DNA of 64,000 nucleotides from Tubiluchus corallicola. Lineage: Eukaryota; Animalia; Priapulida. The DNA lies in NCBI GenBank assembly GCA_030141605.1, contig JAQGDQ010000560.1, positions 76,389-140,388 of the forward strand, given 5' to 3'. Below the pieces are notes generated by a model. The model was given only the letters and a program-made list of their open reading frames with translations, was not told the DNA's origin and ran no database searches. The position numbers were made by a program, and so were the translations under genes. This document shows, in pieces, positions 11,540 to 25,103 of this stretch; positions within the stretch are counted from its first letter, which is position 1, and the number at the start of each line of letters is the position of its first letter.

Positions 11540-12002
11540 TAGTGGTGGCTTACAGTTAAAATTACTGGGGATGCTGCTTCAAAAAAAATTTAGCCATTGT
11601 TTTAATACTGTGTAAAACGAAACAAACATATGTAACTTTTAATGGTGTAATTTGTAATTGTAATTTTAAACAAAGAAATATATGAAAGTTTATACATAAA
11701 CTTGATAAAATCTTGAGCAAAAAATATTTTTTGCTTACCAATAGCCCTTACTAATAACAAACTGTTTGAGTGACAGTGCTTTCTCTGCCTGGGCCCAGGC
11801 ATGGCCTGGCAGCAAGCGCACAACAGCCAAACACCGCATTGCTGGAGCGCACTGTGCTGGGCTGTGAAGCAAACAGTACTACCCTCACGTGCTCTAGTTC
11901 CATACAAGTATAAAGAAAGAACTAAAGAAAGAAAACTTATTATATATTGAATATTATAGGGGGTGCATCTGTTCCACAGTATCTACACACAAGCCACCAC
12001 TG
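11540..12002. mobile_element. TIR MITE family I (related copies at about 7000-7553 and 48900-49175)
   Basis: TIR AGTGGTGGCTT/AAGCCACCACTG; inserted into a degraded family F copy. Confidence 0.7.
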
Positions 12003-12293
12003 ACTGTATACAGAGCTTGCATTGGCGGTAAAGCTGTAAAAAATGTATAAACTCCCACGTTGACCGTTGTTAGGCGATGGCATTTTAGCAGTCAGTCATT
12101 GAATAACAAATTGAAAGAACTTGAGATAATATTGTGTAAAGTTTAAAACATAATCACGGCAATACGTGGCATGTGCACTTTTCGTCAACAAGCAGTTCTA
12201 AGTATAAATTAGGCGTGCTTTATATTGTCAATAACATCAGTATTGTGATCAGTCACAGGCTAAGACATCCACCTAATGCGAGTCTATCTTGTA

Positions 12294-12926
12294 CAGTAAA
12301 TCCTCGCTTAACGCCGCTAATGCGTTTTAGCAAAAAAGTGTAACGTCGTTAAACGAAACAAAGACTTCCTTGGAAAGTAAAGTAAAAGAATTGACATACA
12401 TTCCAGAGGCAAAAATCAATGCTGCTTTAAATTGAACGTTTTATGTGTTATTTCTGCCGATTAATTTCCCTCTGCTTGCCTGAAACCACTAATCTTTCTT
12501 ACCAATATTTAGTAGTTAGACACGGCATAGTGGAAGCCAAGCCCTAGGGTGACCTTGAGACAATTTCATCTAGATACACAGTCTGGTTGCTATAGGAACA
12601 GGTTGCAGGCAAAATTCCTTCATGTAAAGTTTGCATTCAGGTGCCTGGAGGCGTATAAATCGCGAATAGATTGTATTATGCTCGATACAAACGACTAGTA
12701 TTCATTCATGTAATAATTGTACTGCTTTACATCCCTAGTGCATTTTTAGAATCGAATAATGCAATATGTACTGATTTGATGCTTCAAATATGCTAAATAT
12801 GATAAAAAAAACAAAATGTCTTTAAAACGAAACTTGCGCCGTAATGTGAAAAAAAGTGTCAAAGGTGTTCATCGTCGTTACAACGTAACATCGCAAAGCG
12901 GGGAGTCGTTAAGCGAGGACTTACTC
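12294..12926. mobile_element. pogo/Tigger-like MITE family A, complete
   Basis: TA|CAGTAAATCCTCGCTTAACG ... CGTTAAGCGAGGACTTACTC|TA; TIRs plus TA TSD. Confidence 0.85.
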
Positions 12927-13015
12927 TATTATGAAATGTATTACTGTACACTGCAACTCACAGCTAAGTTATAAACCTATGACACTTACCTTCGTTAACT
13001 GATGCTTCTTTGTAG

Positions 13016-13193
13016 AGAATGTCAGCTGCTGAAGAGTTTTTTGGAAGAGGCAGCGGAAAAACAGACGTCTGCTCGGTCAAAACTTGAAGAGTTTATCGAC
13101 GATTTGATTGAGAGAGTTGTTAAAGCTGAGGCGGCACTGGAGACTGTGGTGGATCGTTCTGTTCATAGTTCTCCATCACATTCTGACATCACG
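13016..13193 (+). CDS. FBXO41: FBXO41-like exon 2 (coiled coil)
   Basis: ECQLLKSFLEEAAEKQTSARSKLEEFIDDLIERVVKAE, similar to FBXO41 FLKETAAREASAKLRLQQFIEELLERADRAE. Confidence 0.9.
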
Positions 13194-13352
13194 GTAGGTT
13201 GAATGAATTATTTTAATTTATAAGAACAATTAGTCTTCACCTCACGACGCACGTTTAAATAATACGCATAAAAATCCATAAAAGTCTTAATTTAAACTAT
13301 TAGTGATTTTTGTCTCCAAAGCTTACCTCAATGCTTTCATATTACTTCGTAT

Positions 13353-13448
13353 TTCTCTCTCTCCCTCTCTCTCTCTCCCGCTCTCTTTCTCTCCCTCTCT
13401 CTCTCCCCCTAGCTCCCTGCCTCCCTCCCTCCCTCCCTCCCTCCCTCC

Positions 13449-13500
<52 letters not shown>

Positions 13501-13545
13501 TCTCTCTCTCTCTTTCTCTGTCTGTCTCTCTCTCACCCCCTTCTC
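13353..13545. repeat. (CT)n/(CCCT)n microsatellite
   Basis: seen directly. Confidence 0.97.
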
Positions 13546-13749
13546 TGCCTGTATCTCTTCCTTTTTCTATATCTAGTTTCGTTTAACAGCATTTCCTTAA
13601 CGGTGCATTTTACTGCAATGCATTAGGGTCATGAAGTGAGTACTTTCTCTTGTTATGTAAAAATGATGACAAACAACGCTACTTCTTGTATACTGGAAGC
13701 TTTTCGTGTATGTATCAGTATTGATGCTGGATGAAAGTATATTTCAAGC

Positions 13750-14432
13750 TTAAGGAACAAGAAAACCCTCCACTTACGTAAAGTTTAAAAAATTCATCTT
13801 GAAATTTTGTACCACTTACATCCTACCTTTTTTGTATATAGGACTTCAATCGGCCGTAAAGCTGTATAAAACGTGTAAATTTAAACTCCGGTGATGATGC
13901 TGCAGGCATTTTGACGATAAAGTCGTTTGAAACAAGTTTATTTAACACTGCGTAAAGTTTGAAAAAATAAGCACAGCATTCGTAGCGCACACGTCACTAA
14001 CTAAGTAAAATTTTAAATTACTGTATCTTGTCAGTAAGATTAAAAATACGTTCTTGGTTAGTGAGTGGTGCACCTTGGAGGTGAGTCAGCAACATTTTAC
14101 CAATTGGTGAAAACATTTTAAATAGTTAACAGTCTTTTCTAGTTACATAGGTCTTTCGAGCAGGTGAGCAAAATGCTAGGTAACATAACTTTGTCCGGAA
14201 AGTTGTTTTGGGACATAGTTTAAGATTGCCTTTTCTTCCGATGATTTACGTTTGCGTAGTGACGTCATGTAATGGCGCAGTCGGTACAGTATTGAGGGAG
14301 ATTTAAAATGAAAAACAAACGAAAAATCCTTTCAACATGAGTACGATGTACGCATAAAATTGCTATAAAGTGATATAATTTTTTAATGCCATATTTCTGA
14401 AATCTACTTTAGATCACCCCCTTTCTTGTCGT
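13750..14432. mobile_element. TTAA-flanked (Kolobok-like) non-autonomous element family F
   Basis: TTAAGGAACAAGAAAACCCTCC ... CTTTCTTGTC; homologous to 20040, 53823, 61910 and 63584. Confidence 0.75.
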
Positions 14433-14529
14433 TTGAGTAAAAAAGAAATATTATTGTGCCACTTAACTTGGTTTGTATGTTTACGCCGTACCATTGTTTA
14501 TTGTTGCATAAGAAAAATGACAAGAAATT

Positions 14530-15150
14530 GACTCATTAATTTTTCTTTGTGGAAATATTGATTTTACTTAGGTTTCTGTGATTATTACAGGCATTATTAT
14601 GACAAAAGTGGTAAATTTTAAAGCCTGCTAATACATAGTACTTTACCGTGTTAATTTTGTTTTGGTGTAGTATATAAAACCACACAAGTTTCATTGTATT
14701 TAAAAAGAAATACAGAACAATGATTCTCAACAAGTACAACACTTCCTAATTTCCCACACCTACTGCAGCAGTCATACCACAATCCTGGTACAGATTATGC
14801 AAAACAAGGCATCATTGATAAATCTTTATAGCTGATGTCAACATAGCGCAATCTGTTATCTTTCTTCCTACCATTTCCACTAACGCATCCTTCTACCCTT
14901 CCTGTGTGATCTAACCTTTCTCCCAGTTCTGTTTTTGTTCACTCATCCATTTTTTATCAGGTTCACATGACAGTGGGCTTATACAAGCCTTTGCTTCTCT
15001 AGCCCACTGCAGTACAATTATTCTTTTATGATAACGATAGTGTATGAAACATAACAATTTAATACAGTAGATGTAATAATTTTGATGTCACTGTGTGCTT
15101 TATATTGTACTGAATGTGATAATAATAATAAATAAATAAAATAAATAAAG
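14530..15150 (+). mobile_element. Degraded LINE 3' end (CR1/L2 group)
   Basis: 3' stem-loop CAGTGGGCT..AGCCCACTG and (AAT/AAAT)n tail. Confidence 0.5.
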
Positions 15151-15381
15151 TATTGTAATATAATGACAACATACTTACTTACTTACTTAACTAAAAGAAA
15201 TTCTCTATATTTTGAACAACAGAGAAATTGGATACAACACATTAACTGGCACCCATAACTACGTATCTTATATCATTATCTAGTTCGTAATTCAAAGTTG
15301 CAGAAGTCAACAAATTGCAAATTTATAATTTCAGTTTTGAAAGATGTTTACATGCATGACGATCTAACAAATTTCTTGCAG

Positions 15382-15460
15382 GTTCACGACACGCAACAAT
15401 CAAAATCTGCCGGTGAAGATTTATTAGCCAGCGATTCTGGCATCGTATGTGATCCACATG
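15382..15460 (+). CDS. FBXO41: FBXO41-like exon 3
   Basis: ttgcag|VHDTQQSKSAGEDLLASDSGIVCDPH|gtacgt; phase 0 to 1. Confidence 0.8.
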
Positions 15461-15571
15461 GTACGTGTTTTGTAAACACACGTTTAAACAGTATGTGTGT
15501 ACGCATTATTGGTTGTTTGCTGTATAGTTAAAAATGTCTTGGTTTATTGATGATGAAGGAAATGAATAGTT

Positions 15572-16248
15572 CTAAAATTGTTCTTTCACTTATTACTTCA
15601 AAAAATGTTCGAAGACGATAGGGGTGAGTATCGAACGTTCGAGTTTTTTTAGTTCGAATCCAATTCGAACCTAAAATTATAGATTCGAATAATTCAGCAC
15701 TTCAGCCACATACGTTCTTTATCATTAAAATGTTTGAAACGGCATGAGATTAGCACAATTTAGCTGCAGTTTCTGTGCAAAATTTTTAGTAAACTAATAG
15801 CGTTTTACTGCAGAACAAAATCATGTAATTCGCATGATCTTTCTAAGACCAGTTTTTACTAGTGGTTCGAAAACTTGTTCGAAAATCTTTCAAACTGAAT
15901 TTGAATTACTCAGGTATATGGCAACCCATAGAAGACGTTGATTTCCTATTTAATCAGGAGAAGTAAACCAAGCCATAAAATAAAAAATAAGCACTCACTT
16001 AAGCAAGGACGTGGCTTTTATTCACTCACAAACATCTGCAAAATTTGGACCAGTCATGGTCTCGTTCACACAACAATCAGGTAACGACCATGACTGGTCG
16101 AAACCTTGCAGTTGTTTGTGCCTATCATTGCTCAGGTGGGTGCTGGCTGTTATTTTCGTTTTATGAATTGGTTTACTTCTTGTGATTGACTAGAAAATCA
16201 GCATCTTCGAACATCTTTTGGAAGTAATAAGTAAAAGAACTAGTTTAG
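15572..16248. mobile_element. Fold-back (almost fully palindromic) element interrupted by a hAT MITE
   Basis: arms ctaaaattgttctttcacttattacttc.. and ..gaagtaataagtaaaagaactagtttag; central hairpin GACCAGTCATGGTC/GACCATGACTGGTC at about 16048-16100. Confidence 0.75.
15619..15930. mobile_element. hAT-like MITE family H
   Basis: TAGGGGTGAG start; 8-bp TSD gaagacga/gaagacgt; TTCGAA-rich. Confidence 0.8.
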
Positions 16249-16348
16249 TATGTTCCAGCTAGGGCAGTATTATCTCTGTACTTTTGTATGCTGTTGTATA
16301 ATAGTTTTCTTATATCACCGTAACAATTTACGCTGTTTTACTTTGCAG

Positions 16349-16832
16349 ATTTTAGTGATGTCGCTCCTTGGTCGGGCAGGCCACATTTAGATGACGTTGC
16401 CATAGAAATTGGTTTGCATGATTTGCCAGTGCAAGACTCTAAACAAACACTTCCATCATTTTCCTTTAGTGGAAAAGAAGAAGCTCATTCAGACGTCTTC
16501 CAAAGTTCTTGTGGTTTTAAACGCCAACAACTTCAACGTGCAGAAATCGCGTCTTCCGGTGTTTCGTTGAATTACGACGACGCTAACATATCGAGTTTAC
16601 CGACTTCCCAACATTACGCTAACCTGGCTAAGTACATTCCCAAAGATTTGGTGGAGACGGAATTGGCTCTGAAGCGAAGGGAAGCAAAGCTACGCGAGGA
16701 GTTTAAGCACCAGAGGGCACTTCTTGGCATGTGCCGCCGCAGGGAATTGCTAAAAAGCATCAGAACTCGTGGTGCGTGCTTAGCTGACTTCCCCAAAGAA
16801 AAACGAGAGGAGATCTTAATGCTTGCGTTTAG
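16349..16832 (+). CDS. FBXO41: FBXO41-like exon 4 (ends in the first half of the F-box)
   Basis: tttgcag|DFSDVAPWSGR...CLADFPKEKREEILMLAFR|gtatgt. Confidence 0.88.
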
Positions 16833-17139
16833 GTATGTTGTAGCTGTTCGGACGGCAGAAGGCCGGGGTTCGAGTCCCGGTGCAGGCGAAAAAATTTCAG
16901 ACTTTCTAATTTGGTGTTGCTTTAGTTTAGTGTGTTTATTGCATTGTGTCGCTAATAAGTCGTTTTTATTATACACATACTAGAAGAAGCAGTGGTCCAT
17001 AGTTATACAATCAGTTACTGATCTAGTAGTTTTGGGATGGAATCCACTCATTTAGGGATATTTTAACGATTTATCACTCGCATGGGACTTTCCACCCACC
17101 TTTCTGGGTGTCCAAGTAACCTGTCATTTGTTCTCCTCA

Positions 17140-17810
17140 CTATACTACCTCTGTTTTTGACCGAAATTTGTTCCTAAAAAGTGTTTGGAAACCGATTTGG
17201 TTAAGTACCAAATCATTTATTCCCATAAGAAATAATGTAAAAGCAAATAATCCGTTCTCGAGCACCAAATGAACTGTAAAGTATTACTAAAATGAAATAT
17301 AATAATGCAAAAATGCTTGTTCAAACAGTAGATATGATATAATTGATAAGAAAAACCTAATAGAATTACTTTGAAAGAAAATTCTTATTGTTCAAAAACA
17401 TTGATATCCTCGATTTCGGTATGCCATACAGAGACGTAAGATCGGAAACACGAACTCCATTCTCATGTTTTGCTATGATTTCTTTCTTTAGTTCTATAGT
17501 CGCTCTCATAGTTTTTCATTTTCCTTTGCCACCATCACTTGCACTTAGGAGACGTGATTGGGGTTCAGTATAACACAAAAATAAATGAAATCGAGGAAAA
17601 ATAAGCGTAGAAAGCACTTAGGGATGTTAGGCTATTCAAATCTTGTGCTTGACGACTCTCGGGCACAGTCGGTTACGCTCGGCTCGCCGCGCATGCGTTC
17701 ATCATGTGTTTGGTGGTCGGTCGAGAACGGAGACAATTTCAGCTCGAATTTTCTTGTCGAAAATCGATTTTTTACGAGTATGGAGACGTTTGACAAAAGA
17801 GGTATGACTG
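17140..17810. mobile_element. pogo-like MITE family B
   Basis: TACTACCTCTGTTTTTGACCG ... AAAAGAGGTATGACTG|TA. Confidence 0.8.
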
Positions 17811-17839
17811 TATGTGCTGATGCTTCGCTAATAGATGTC

Positions 17840-18550
17840 TTAGCTAACTACCTTGAAGGACATTGGACCATTTTTCTTCTTTCTGCACAAGTTGTGCAAA
17901 TGTGCAAAATGGCCAGTCATGATAACGGGATGTAAAGTTAAAGAAGTGAAAATTGACAATTTCAGCAATCCTGTAATTAAGAATGTCAAATCACTTAATA
18001 CTCGCTATAATGATTACCAACTCAGTTTCTGCAGAACCAATATTGCAAAACATTTCATTAGCGGACCTAAACCTTAGAACTCACTACCACCCAATGTAAA
18101 GTACCAGTGTAACATTTACCGCTTTAAAACATCAGTTAAACGATATCTGTTTGCTTCTTGTATAAACTAGTCTTGATAACCACCTACTGTTCCTATGTGA
18201 CACAACAGTCACAACTTTGTGTTCTTTTTGAGTAGAATCCAGAGTGCTTCGTCATCTCATGAGCCGAATCTCCACAAGCCACTCTTCCTACCCTTTTGAA
18301 CATTCTCTTATCATTCACTTCTATCCTTACTTTGCACAAATCTTTCTTTTAAATTGCCTAAAAACCTTCGTTTTTTGTTCTTTTTTTCTCATTATTTGGA
18401 CATGTTTATAATGGTGCAAGCACCTAAGAAGTTTTACTTCTGGTTCTTGCCATTTATTATATGCACGCTGTCATGTAATCATTATTATTAATATCTATTT
18501 TTCTCAGCATTTCTAGATATTGTATTTGCATTTCCAAATAATTTATTATC
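17840..18550 (+). mobile_element. Degraded CR1/L2-group LINE 3' end
   Basis: remnant peptide CRTNIAKHFISGPKP*NSLPPNVK..FKTSVKRYL, typical of the ORF2 C-terminus (WNSLP motif). Confidence 0.7.
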
Positions 18551-19123
18551 ATATATTAACTTCTCAATATATATGGTATATAATGGCCATATATACAGTC
18601 AAAGAGTTGTTAAATGGGGTGCAGAAATACTCTCTATTACTACAGCATCGACTATAATAGTATGCGAATGTAATTAAAATGTGATCGTATATATTAATTT
18701 CGCTGGTAAAGATATATATATATATATAACCGATGAGACTACAGCCGTGACGATGGCACCATTTTCGATGATCTGTATGTCAAACGAAAGATCTCCACCT
18801 AAGGGTTCACACCTGGGGGCTTATTTTTCGAATCGGGCCCACCGGGAGGACTGGGGGCCAAAAAACCTTCAAAAATGGCCATTTTTCATCCGTTTTTTAC
18901 ACAAAATTGCAAAACTTATACCTCTTATTTCTGGAGAACGGGAACATGCCTGGCATGCTGCCGGTAATGGTTAAATAGCCGGTTCCACGGTGGGTGTTAT
19001 GGTCATATTTAGAATTTGGGGGAGGGCCGCGGCGCCCTATAACTGTCATCTAATCATTATTATTAATATCTATTTTTTCTCAGTGTTTCTTGATATTGTA
19101 TTTGTATTTACACTTCCAAATAA

Positions 19124-19252
<129 letters not shown>

Positions 19253-19861
19253 ATGTTAACAAAGGACCAGTAAATAATCTTCACATAACTAGTTTGCTAA
19301 TGATAAGACATGGGAGGTACTTGCTAACATTTTTATTGAAGGTAGGGGTAGCATTTAGTAAGAGAAACAATTTTTTGGCAAGGAATTCCTTCCATAAAGA
19401 AGAACTAAGGACCAACAAAGAATACTGTAAAATATTCCAATGATTACATGACTTTATATTACGTACTAAACACTTCCAGTAGTTTCTATCTGATAAGAAA
19501 TGCATCAGTCTTAAATAATCGTACATAAATATTTTCTAACTGTCATTTTCTACTAATGTATAATGTAATCTTGTAGTAAAACTTGTCAGCTTGTATAGTT
19601 ATAGTCTATTCTTACTGTAAATGTTTTTGTAAATAGTGTATAAAGTCTGTTGTGGTGAGGATCCTAAATCATGTTGTTCAAACTGTCTGATTCAATCCTA
19701 TAATAAATTATGTTTAAACTAACAAAGAATGATTTTAAAAACGTATTTCAGAAAAAGGAAGCTAAAATGGTATGATGTTTTTTTAAATTAAATTAATTTA
19801 AATAAATTACAGATTGTTTTTTTAAATTAATTCCATTATTCATGTTTGGATTTGATTTCAG

Positions 19862-19982
19862 GTTTTTAACATCAAGCCAATGTTTTCAAATGGGCCAAGT
19901 CTGCCGTGAATGGAGACGTATTTGCCAAAGTCCTTTGCTGTGGAAATCCGTTACATTTTCTCAATGTCACATACAAAGTCGG
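19862..19982 (+). CDS. FBXO41: FBXO41-like exon 5 (F-box)
   Basis: FLTSSQCFQMGQVCREWRRICQSPLLWKSVTF fits the F-box VCxxW...LW signature. Confidence 0.92.
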
Positions 19983-20039
19983 GTAAATCATTATTCTGCT
20001 TCAGTAAAAAAATGAGCGAAAAAACTTGCATTAGAAAAT

Positions 20040-20658
20040 TTTATAACTTTACAGCAATTTTATGCCCACATCGTATTCACGTTGAATAGAATTTTTGTTT
20101 GTTTTCATTTTAAATCTGCCGCAATACTGTTCCATTACGTGACGTCATAAACGCACAACATAAATCAGGAGAAGAAAAGGAAATGTTAAATTATGTCCCA
20201 AAAAACTTTCCATGCAATGTTATTACTTAGCATTTTGTTTACCTGCTTGAAAGACTTGTGTAATTAGACAACAATATTATTAATTATTTAATATCCTTTC
20301 ACTAATTGGCAAAATGTTGCTGACTCACCCTCCAGGGTGCACCACTCAGTAACCAAAAACGTATTTTTAATCTTATTGACCAGATACAGTAATTTAGAAT
20401 TTTACTTAGTTAGTGACTTGGCTATGAATGCTTTGATTATTTTTTCAACTTTACTCAGTGTTGTCTAAATTTATTTCAAATGACTTATCGTCAAAATGGT
20501 TGCACCTAACGGTCATCACAGGAGTTTAAATTTACATGTTTCATACAGCGTTACCGCCGACGCAAGCTCTGTATGCAAAAAGCTAGTATGTAAGTGGTAT
20601 AAAATTTCAAGACGATTTTTTTAAGCTTTTTGTAAGTGGAAGATTTTCTTGTGCTTTA
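20040..20658. mobile_element. Family F element (reverse orientation)
   Basis: ends TTTTCTTGTGCT|TTAA; inverted homologue of 13750-14432. Confidence 0.75.
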
Positions 20659-20905
20659 AAGTTTTAAGAAGCACCACATGTGTTCCTTTCCTTCTTGACT
20701 AATTACTTCATTTGAACATTCTTGGATGCCAGCCTAAGAATATTTTGCAGAATTTTTCCAGCTTTCTGACGAATTGTGATCGTACTTGACAGTTTGAAGC
20801 TTGGTATGGTATATGATAAAGCCAATTAATCATTGATGATAGTTTTTTTGCACTTTACGATACAGTAGAGCTCATGTACTTACTAAGTCATTTCTTGGTT
20901 TTAAG

Positions 20906-20960
20906 GTTTTTGAAGCAATATCACATTGGTGCGTAAAAACCGAGTCAATTGTCCTTGAAG
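20906..20960 (+). CDS. FBXO41: FBXO41-like exon 6
   Basis: VFEAISHWCVKTESIVLE, similar to LAQWCTQAHSLTL; phase 0 to 1; donor gtatgt. Confidence 0.82.
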
Positions 20961-20985
20961 GTATGTTATAATTTGTTAATTTTTG

Positions 20986-21311
<326 letters not shown>

Positions 21312-21500
21312 ACCTGTATCTCTTCCTTTTTCTATATCTAGCTCGTCGTTGAAGTAACTTAAAAATACAAATATCAAAAAACTACACTGTTTCTCTGTTT
21401 ACTGATCAAGGTAGTAGTGACGTAGTTACCAGATAGATTTTGTTTGTCTGCAGCTTTTGAGTTCATTATTTGATAGTATAGAAGTTTGAAACTGTTCTAG

Positions 21501-21642
21501 GTCTGCTTCCTCGTGTTTCCTTAGTTAACACTAGGAGAATTGCTGACGAAACTGTGAAGCATTTTGAATCATTTATCCAGGTGGCAGCACAATCACTTAC
21601 GACTGTTCGGATTATAGACTGCGATGACGTACTGGATATTAG
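21501..21642 (+). CDS. FBXO41: FBXO41-like exon 7
   Basis: GLLPRVSLVNTRRIADETVKHFESFIQVAAQSLTTVRIIDCDDVLDIR; phase 1 to 2. Confidence 0.82.
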
Positions 21643-21839
21643 GTAGCACACTAAAATTAGATTTTATTGATAAAATGCTTTTGCTTTCTAACGGTTGGTT
21701 TCAAACGATACTGTTGATTTTCAGAGCATCTGATTTACAAAACGTCATCAGGTTATAGAACAAACTAGCAAAATGGCAGCTCGCTGATTCTGAAATTGAT
21801 ACTCTACTCATTATCATTAACAGTTGTTGTGGAGATCCT

Positions 21840-22160
21840 CTAGAATTAAATAGAATATTGTAGAATGGTCTAAGGTATAGTAGAGCAATCTTCTTTCCTT
21901 GTAGAAGCTTCAAGAACTTTCTGTTTCTAGATTGGTCCTTTGCGCTGATGTATAAAGCGGAGCTGACCGCTGGAGTTTATTCTCTTGTATCCTCGTATTC
22001 TCAGATACGCTTTCTCGCTTCCAGATTATCACATTTACTGTAAACGTTTCGCGTTCCTTCATACTTTTGTGTTGTAGAATTCTCGCTTAATAAACCAGTT
22101 TAATTTGACGACGTGTTTTCTGGTTTTCTCTACGAGCCTTCGGAGAGAAACGAAACACAA
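21840..22160. repeat. Unclassified dispersed repeat K (inverted homologue at 45290-45620)
   Basis: ..ctcttgtatcctcgtattctcagatacgctttctcgct.. is the reverse complement of 45435-45480. Confidence 0.75.
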
Positions 22161-22634
22161 CACATATCATGATGTATAGTGTTAGTACTAAAATAGTTTC
22201 ATATCAGTGAACTTGAATATTCTAAAATATATCAATTTCCTATGTATATCCATTTGTATCCATTTAGAGCTTTCAGTATTATGAATGTTGCCAATTTATT
22301 TATGTTAAATTGTTACTAGGATCTGGCGATTTTTTTTGTACTATAGATGCTTTGAAAATAAACAATAATAAGTTCAGAACAGTTCGACGATAAATCATGC
22401 TTGGAAGATCATAGAGCTACATACCTATATGTGGATAATTATATTAACATGTTTATTATAAGTAAAATTTAGTTTTATCTGGCATAATAATAATAATATT
22501 TGGAAGATGTGACGTGTTTTTAGTATATGCAGTTCATTACTCTGTAAACTCGAATCCAGCATTCAGTGACAGGTCAGTTTAATGTAGACGGTGTAGCAGG
22601 ACCAGAACTTCGCTCATTATCGGCATAATCATTT

Positions 22635-24375
22635 GTGATCACTTACCAACAGCATTGCAACCATGTTTGGTTCTGATCACTTACTTAACTAACACTAGCA
22701 TTGCAGCCATGTTTAGTTGTGATCACATACATAACAAATAGTAGCATTGCAACCATGCTTAGTTGTGATCACTTAACAAACGGTAGCATTGCAGCCATGT
22801 TTATTTGTGATCACTTACTTAACTAACAGTAGCATTGCAACCATGTTTAGTTGTGATCACTTACTTAACTAACAGTAGCATTGCAGCCATGTTTAGTTGT
22901 GATCACTTACTTAACTAACAGTAACATTGCAGCCATGTTTAGTTGTGATCACTTACTTAACTAACAGTAGCATTGCAGCCATGTTTAGTTGTGATCACTT
23001 ACTTAACTAACAGTAGCATTTCAACCATGTTTAGTTGTGATCACTTACTTAACTAACAGTAACATTTCAACCATGTTTAGTTGTGATCACTTACTTAACT
23101 AACAGTAGCATTTCAACCATGTTTAGTTGTGATCACTTACTTAACTAACAGTAACATTTCAACCATGTTTAGTTGTGATCACTTACTTAACTAACAGTAG
23201 CATTGCAGCCATGTTTAGTTGTGATCACTTACTTAACTAACAGTAGCAATGCAACCATGTTTAGTTGTGATCACTTACTTAACTAACAGTAGCATTGCAG
23301 CCATGTTTAGTTGTGATCACTTACTTAACTAACAGTAGCATTGCAGCCATGTTTAGTTGTGATCACTTACTTAATTAACAGTAGCATTGCAACCATGTTT
23401 AGTTGTGATCACTTACTTAACTAACAGTAGCATTGCAGCCATGTTTAGTTGTGATCACTTACTTAACTAACAGTAGCATTTCAACCATGTTTAGTTGTGA
23501 TCACTTACTTAACTAACAGTAACATTTCAACCATGTTTAGTTGTGATCACTTACTTAACTAACAGTAGCATTTCAACCATGTTTAGTTGTGATCACTTAC
23601 TTAACTAACAGTAACATTTCAACCATGTTTAGTTGTGATCACTTACTTAACTAACAGTAGCATTGCAGCCATGTTTAGTTGTGATCACTTACTTAACTAA
23701 CAGTAGCATTGCAACCATGTTTAGTTGTGATCACTTACTTAACTAACAGTAGCATTGCAACCATGTTTAGTTGTGATCACTTACTTAATAAATGGTAGCG
23801 TTGCAGCCATGTTTAGTTGTGATCACTTACTTAACAAATGGTAGCATTGCAGCCATGTTTAGTTGTGATCACTTACTTAACTAACAGTTGCATTGCAGCC
23901 ATGTTTAATTGTGATCATTTACTTAACTAACAGTAGCATTGCAACCATGTTTAGTTGTGATCACTTACTTAATAAATGGTAGCATTGTAACCATGTTTAG
24001 TTGTGATCACTTACTTAATAAATGGTAGCGTTGCAGCCATGTTTAGTTGTGATCACTTACTTAACTAACAGTAGCAATGCAACCATGTTTAGTTGTGATC
24101 ACTTACTTAACTAACAGTAGCATTGCAACCATGTTTAGTTGTGATCATTTACTTAACTAACAGTAGCATTTCAACCATGTTTAGTTGTGATCACTTACTT
24201 AACTAACAGTAGCATTGTAACCATGTTTAGTTGTGATCACTTACTTAACTAACAGTAGCATTGTAACCATGTTTAGTTGTGATCATTTACTTAACTAACA
24301 GTAGCATTGCAACCATGTTTAGTTGTGATCACTTACTTAACAAACGGTAGCATTGCAGTCACGTTTAGTTGTGAA
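22635..24375. repeat. 46-bp minisatellite, about 38 copies
   Basis: unit GTAGCATTGCAGCCATGTTTAGTTGTGATCACTTACTTAACTAACA. Confidence 0.97.
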
Positions 24376-24604
24376 TACATTCTGCCTAAACGAGGTTAGT
24401 CCCCGCGGTCAGTATGCCAGCTCAAATCATCCCGAGCAAGCACTGAATGGGGGTCACTAATCCACAAACTGATTAGGCACAGCATTGCATAACTTATATA
24501 GTTTTGAAAAATTGCAAAACTTTGCCTCGAAGTGTTTGTATCAATGTAAATGCTCGGAAGCATAATTTAGCATTAAAAATGTATGAAAAGTATTTGTATT
24601 ACAG

Positions 24605-24754
24605 AATTCTGATAGGAATAAGCAAGCACTGTAACAATCTAACCTCGCTCGCATGGATAAGTAATAGACACGTGGTCAGTCATGATGTAGTTTCTTCTCT
24701 TGCCACTGGGTGTCACCACTTAACAACGTTGGTGCTGCCACCACCGCAAAATGG
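24605..24754 (+). CDS. FBXO41: FBXO41-like exon 8 (LRR)
   Basis: ILIGISKHCNNLTSLAWISNRHVVSHDVVSSLATGCHHLTTLVLPP; donor gtaagt. Confidence 0.92.
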
Positions 24755-25103
24755 GTAAGTGACTGAATTATTAGAGCATCAAATTTGTGTCTTCCTTTCT
24801 GTCACTGATGGCTTGTAGTATGAATCATTTTACAGACATTTCCAAATTTACAGATTTGTATAATTTATTAGATAATCTATTGTGCGTGACACAGTGAATC
24901 ACTGATAAGAATTTCTTTTAATTTTAAATATTAAAAAAAGTTTAATGTAGTTTTTTTTTACTTTGTCATGAATTTTTATTGCAAAATCAAATTGTTTACT
25001 AAATAAACTGTTTTTTGATACATTATTTTACTATCTGTACATGATGTGTACTGGATTCATTTATGATAACTAATTCAAAACATTTCGCGGGATGGACTTG
25101 CGA

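Noticed and set aside
16835-16890. tRNA gene (GGTTCGAGTCCC); similar B boxes near 5840, 37895 and 54645
   Set aside because: Only B-box or T-arm fragments; I cannot build a full cloverleaf, so these are likely SINE or TE heads.
10549-16976. Minus-strand ORFs 10549-10860 and 16614-16976
   Set aside because: Antisense shadows of FBXO41 exons, with no independent splice or homology support.
21482-21642. Alternative acceptors at 21482 or 21581 for FBXO41 exon 7
   Set aside because: Exon 20906-20960 (phase 1) plus acceptor 21501 gives better splice sites and FBXO41 similarity.
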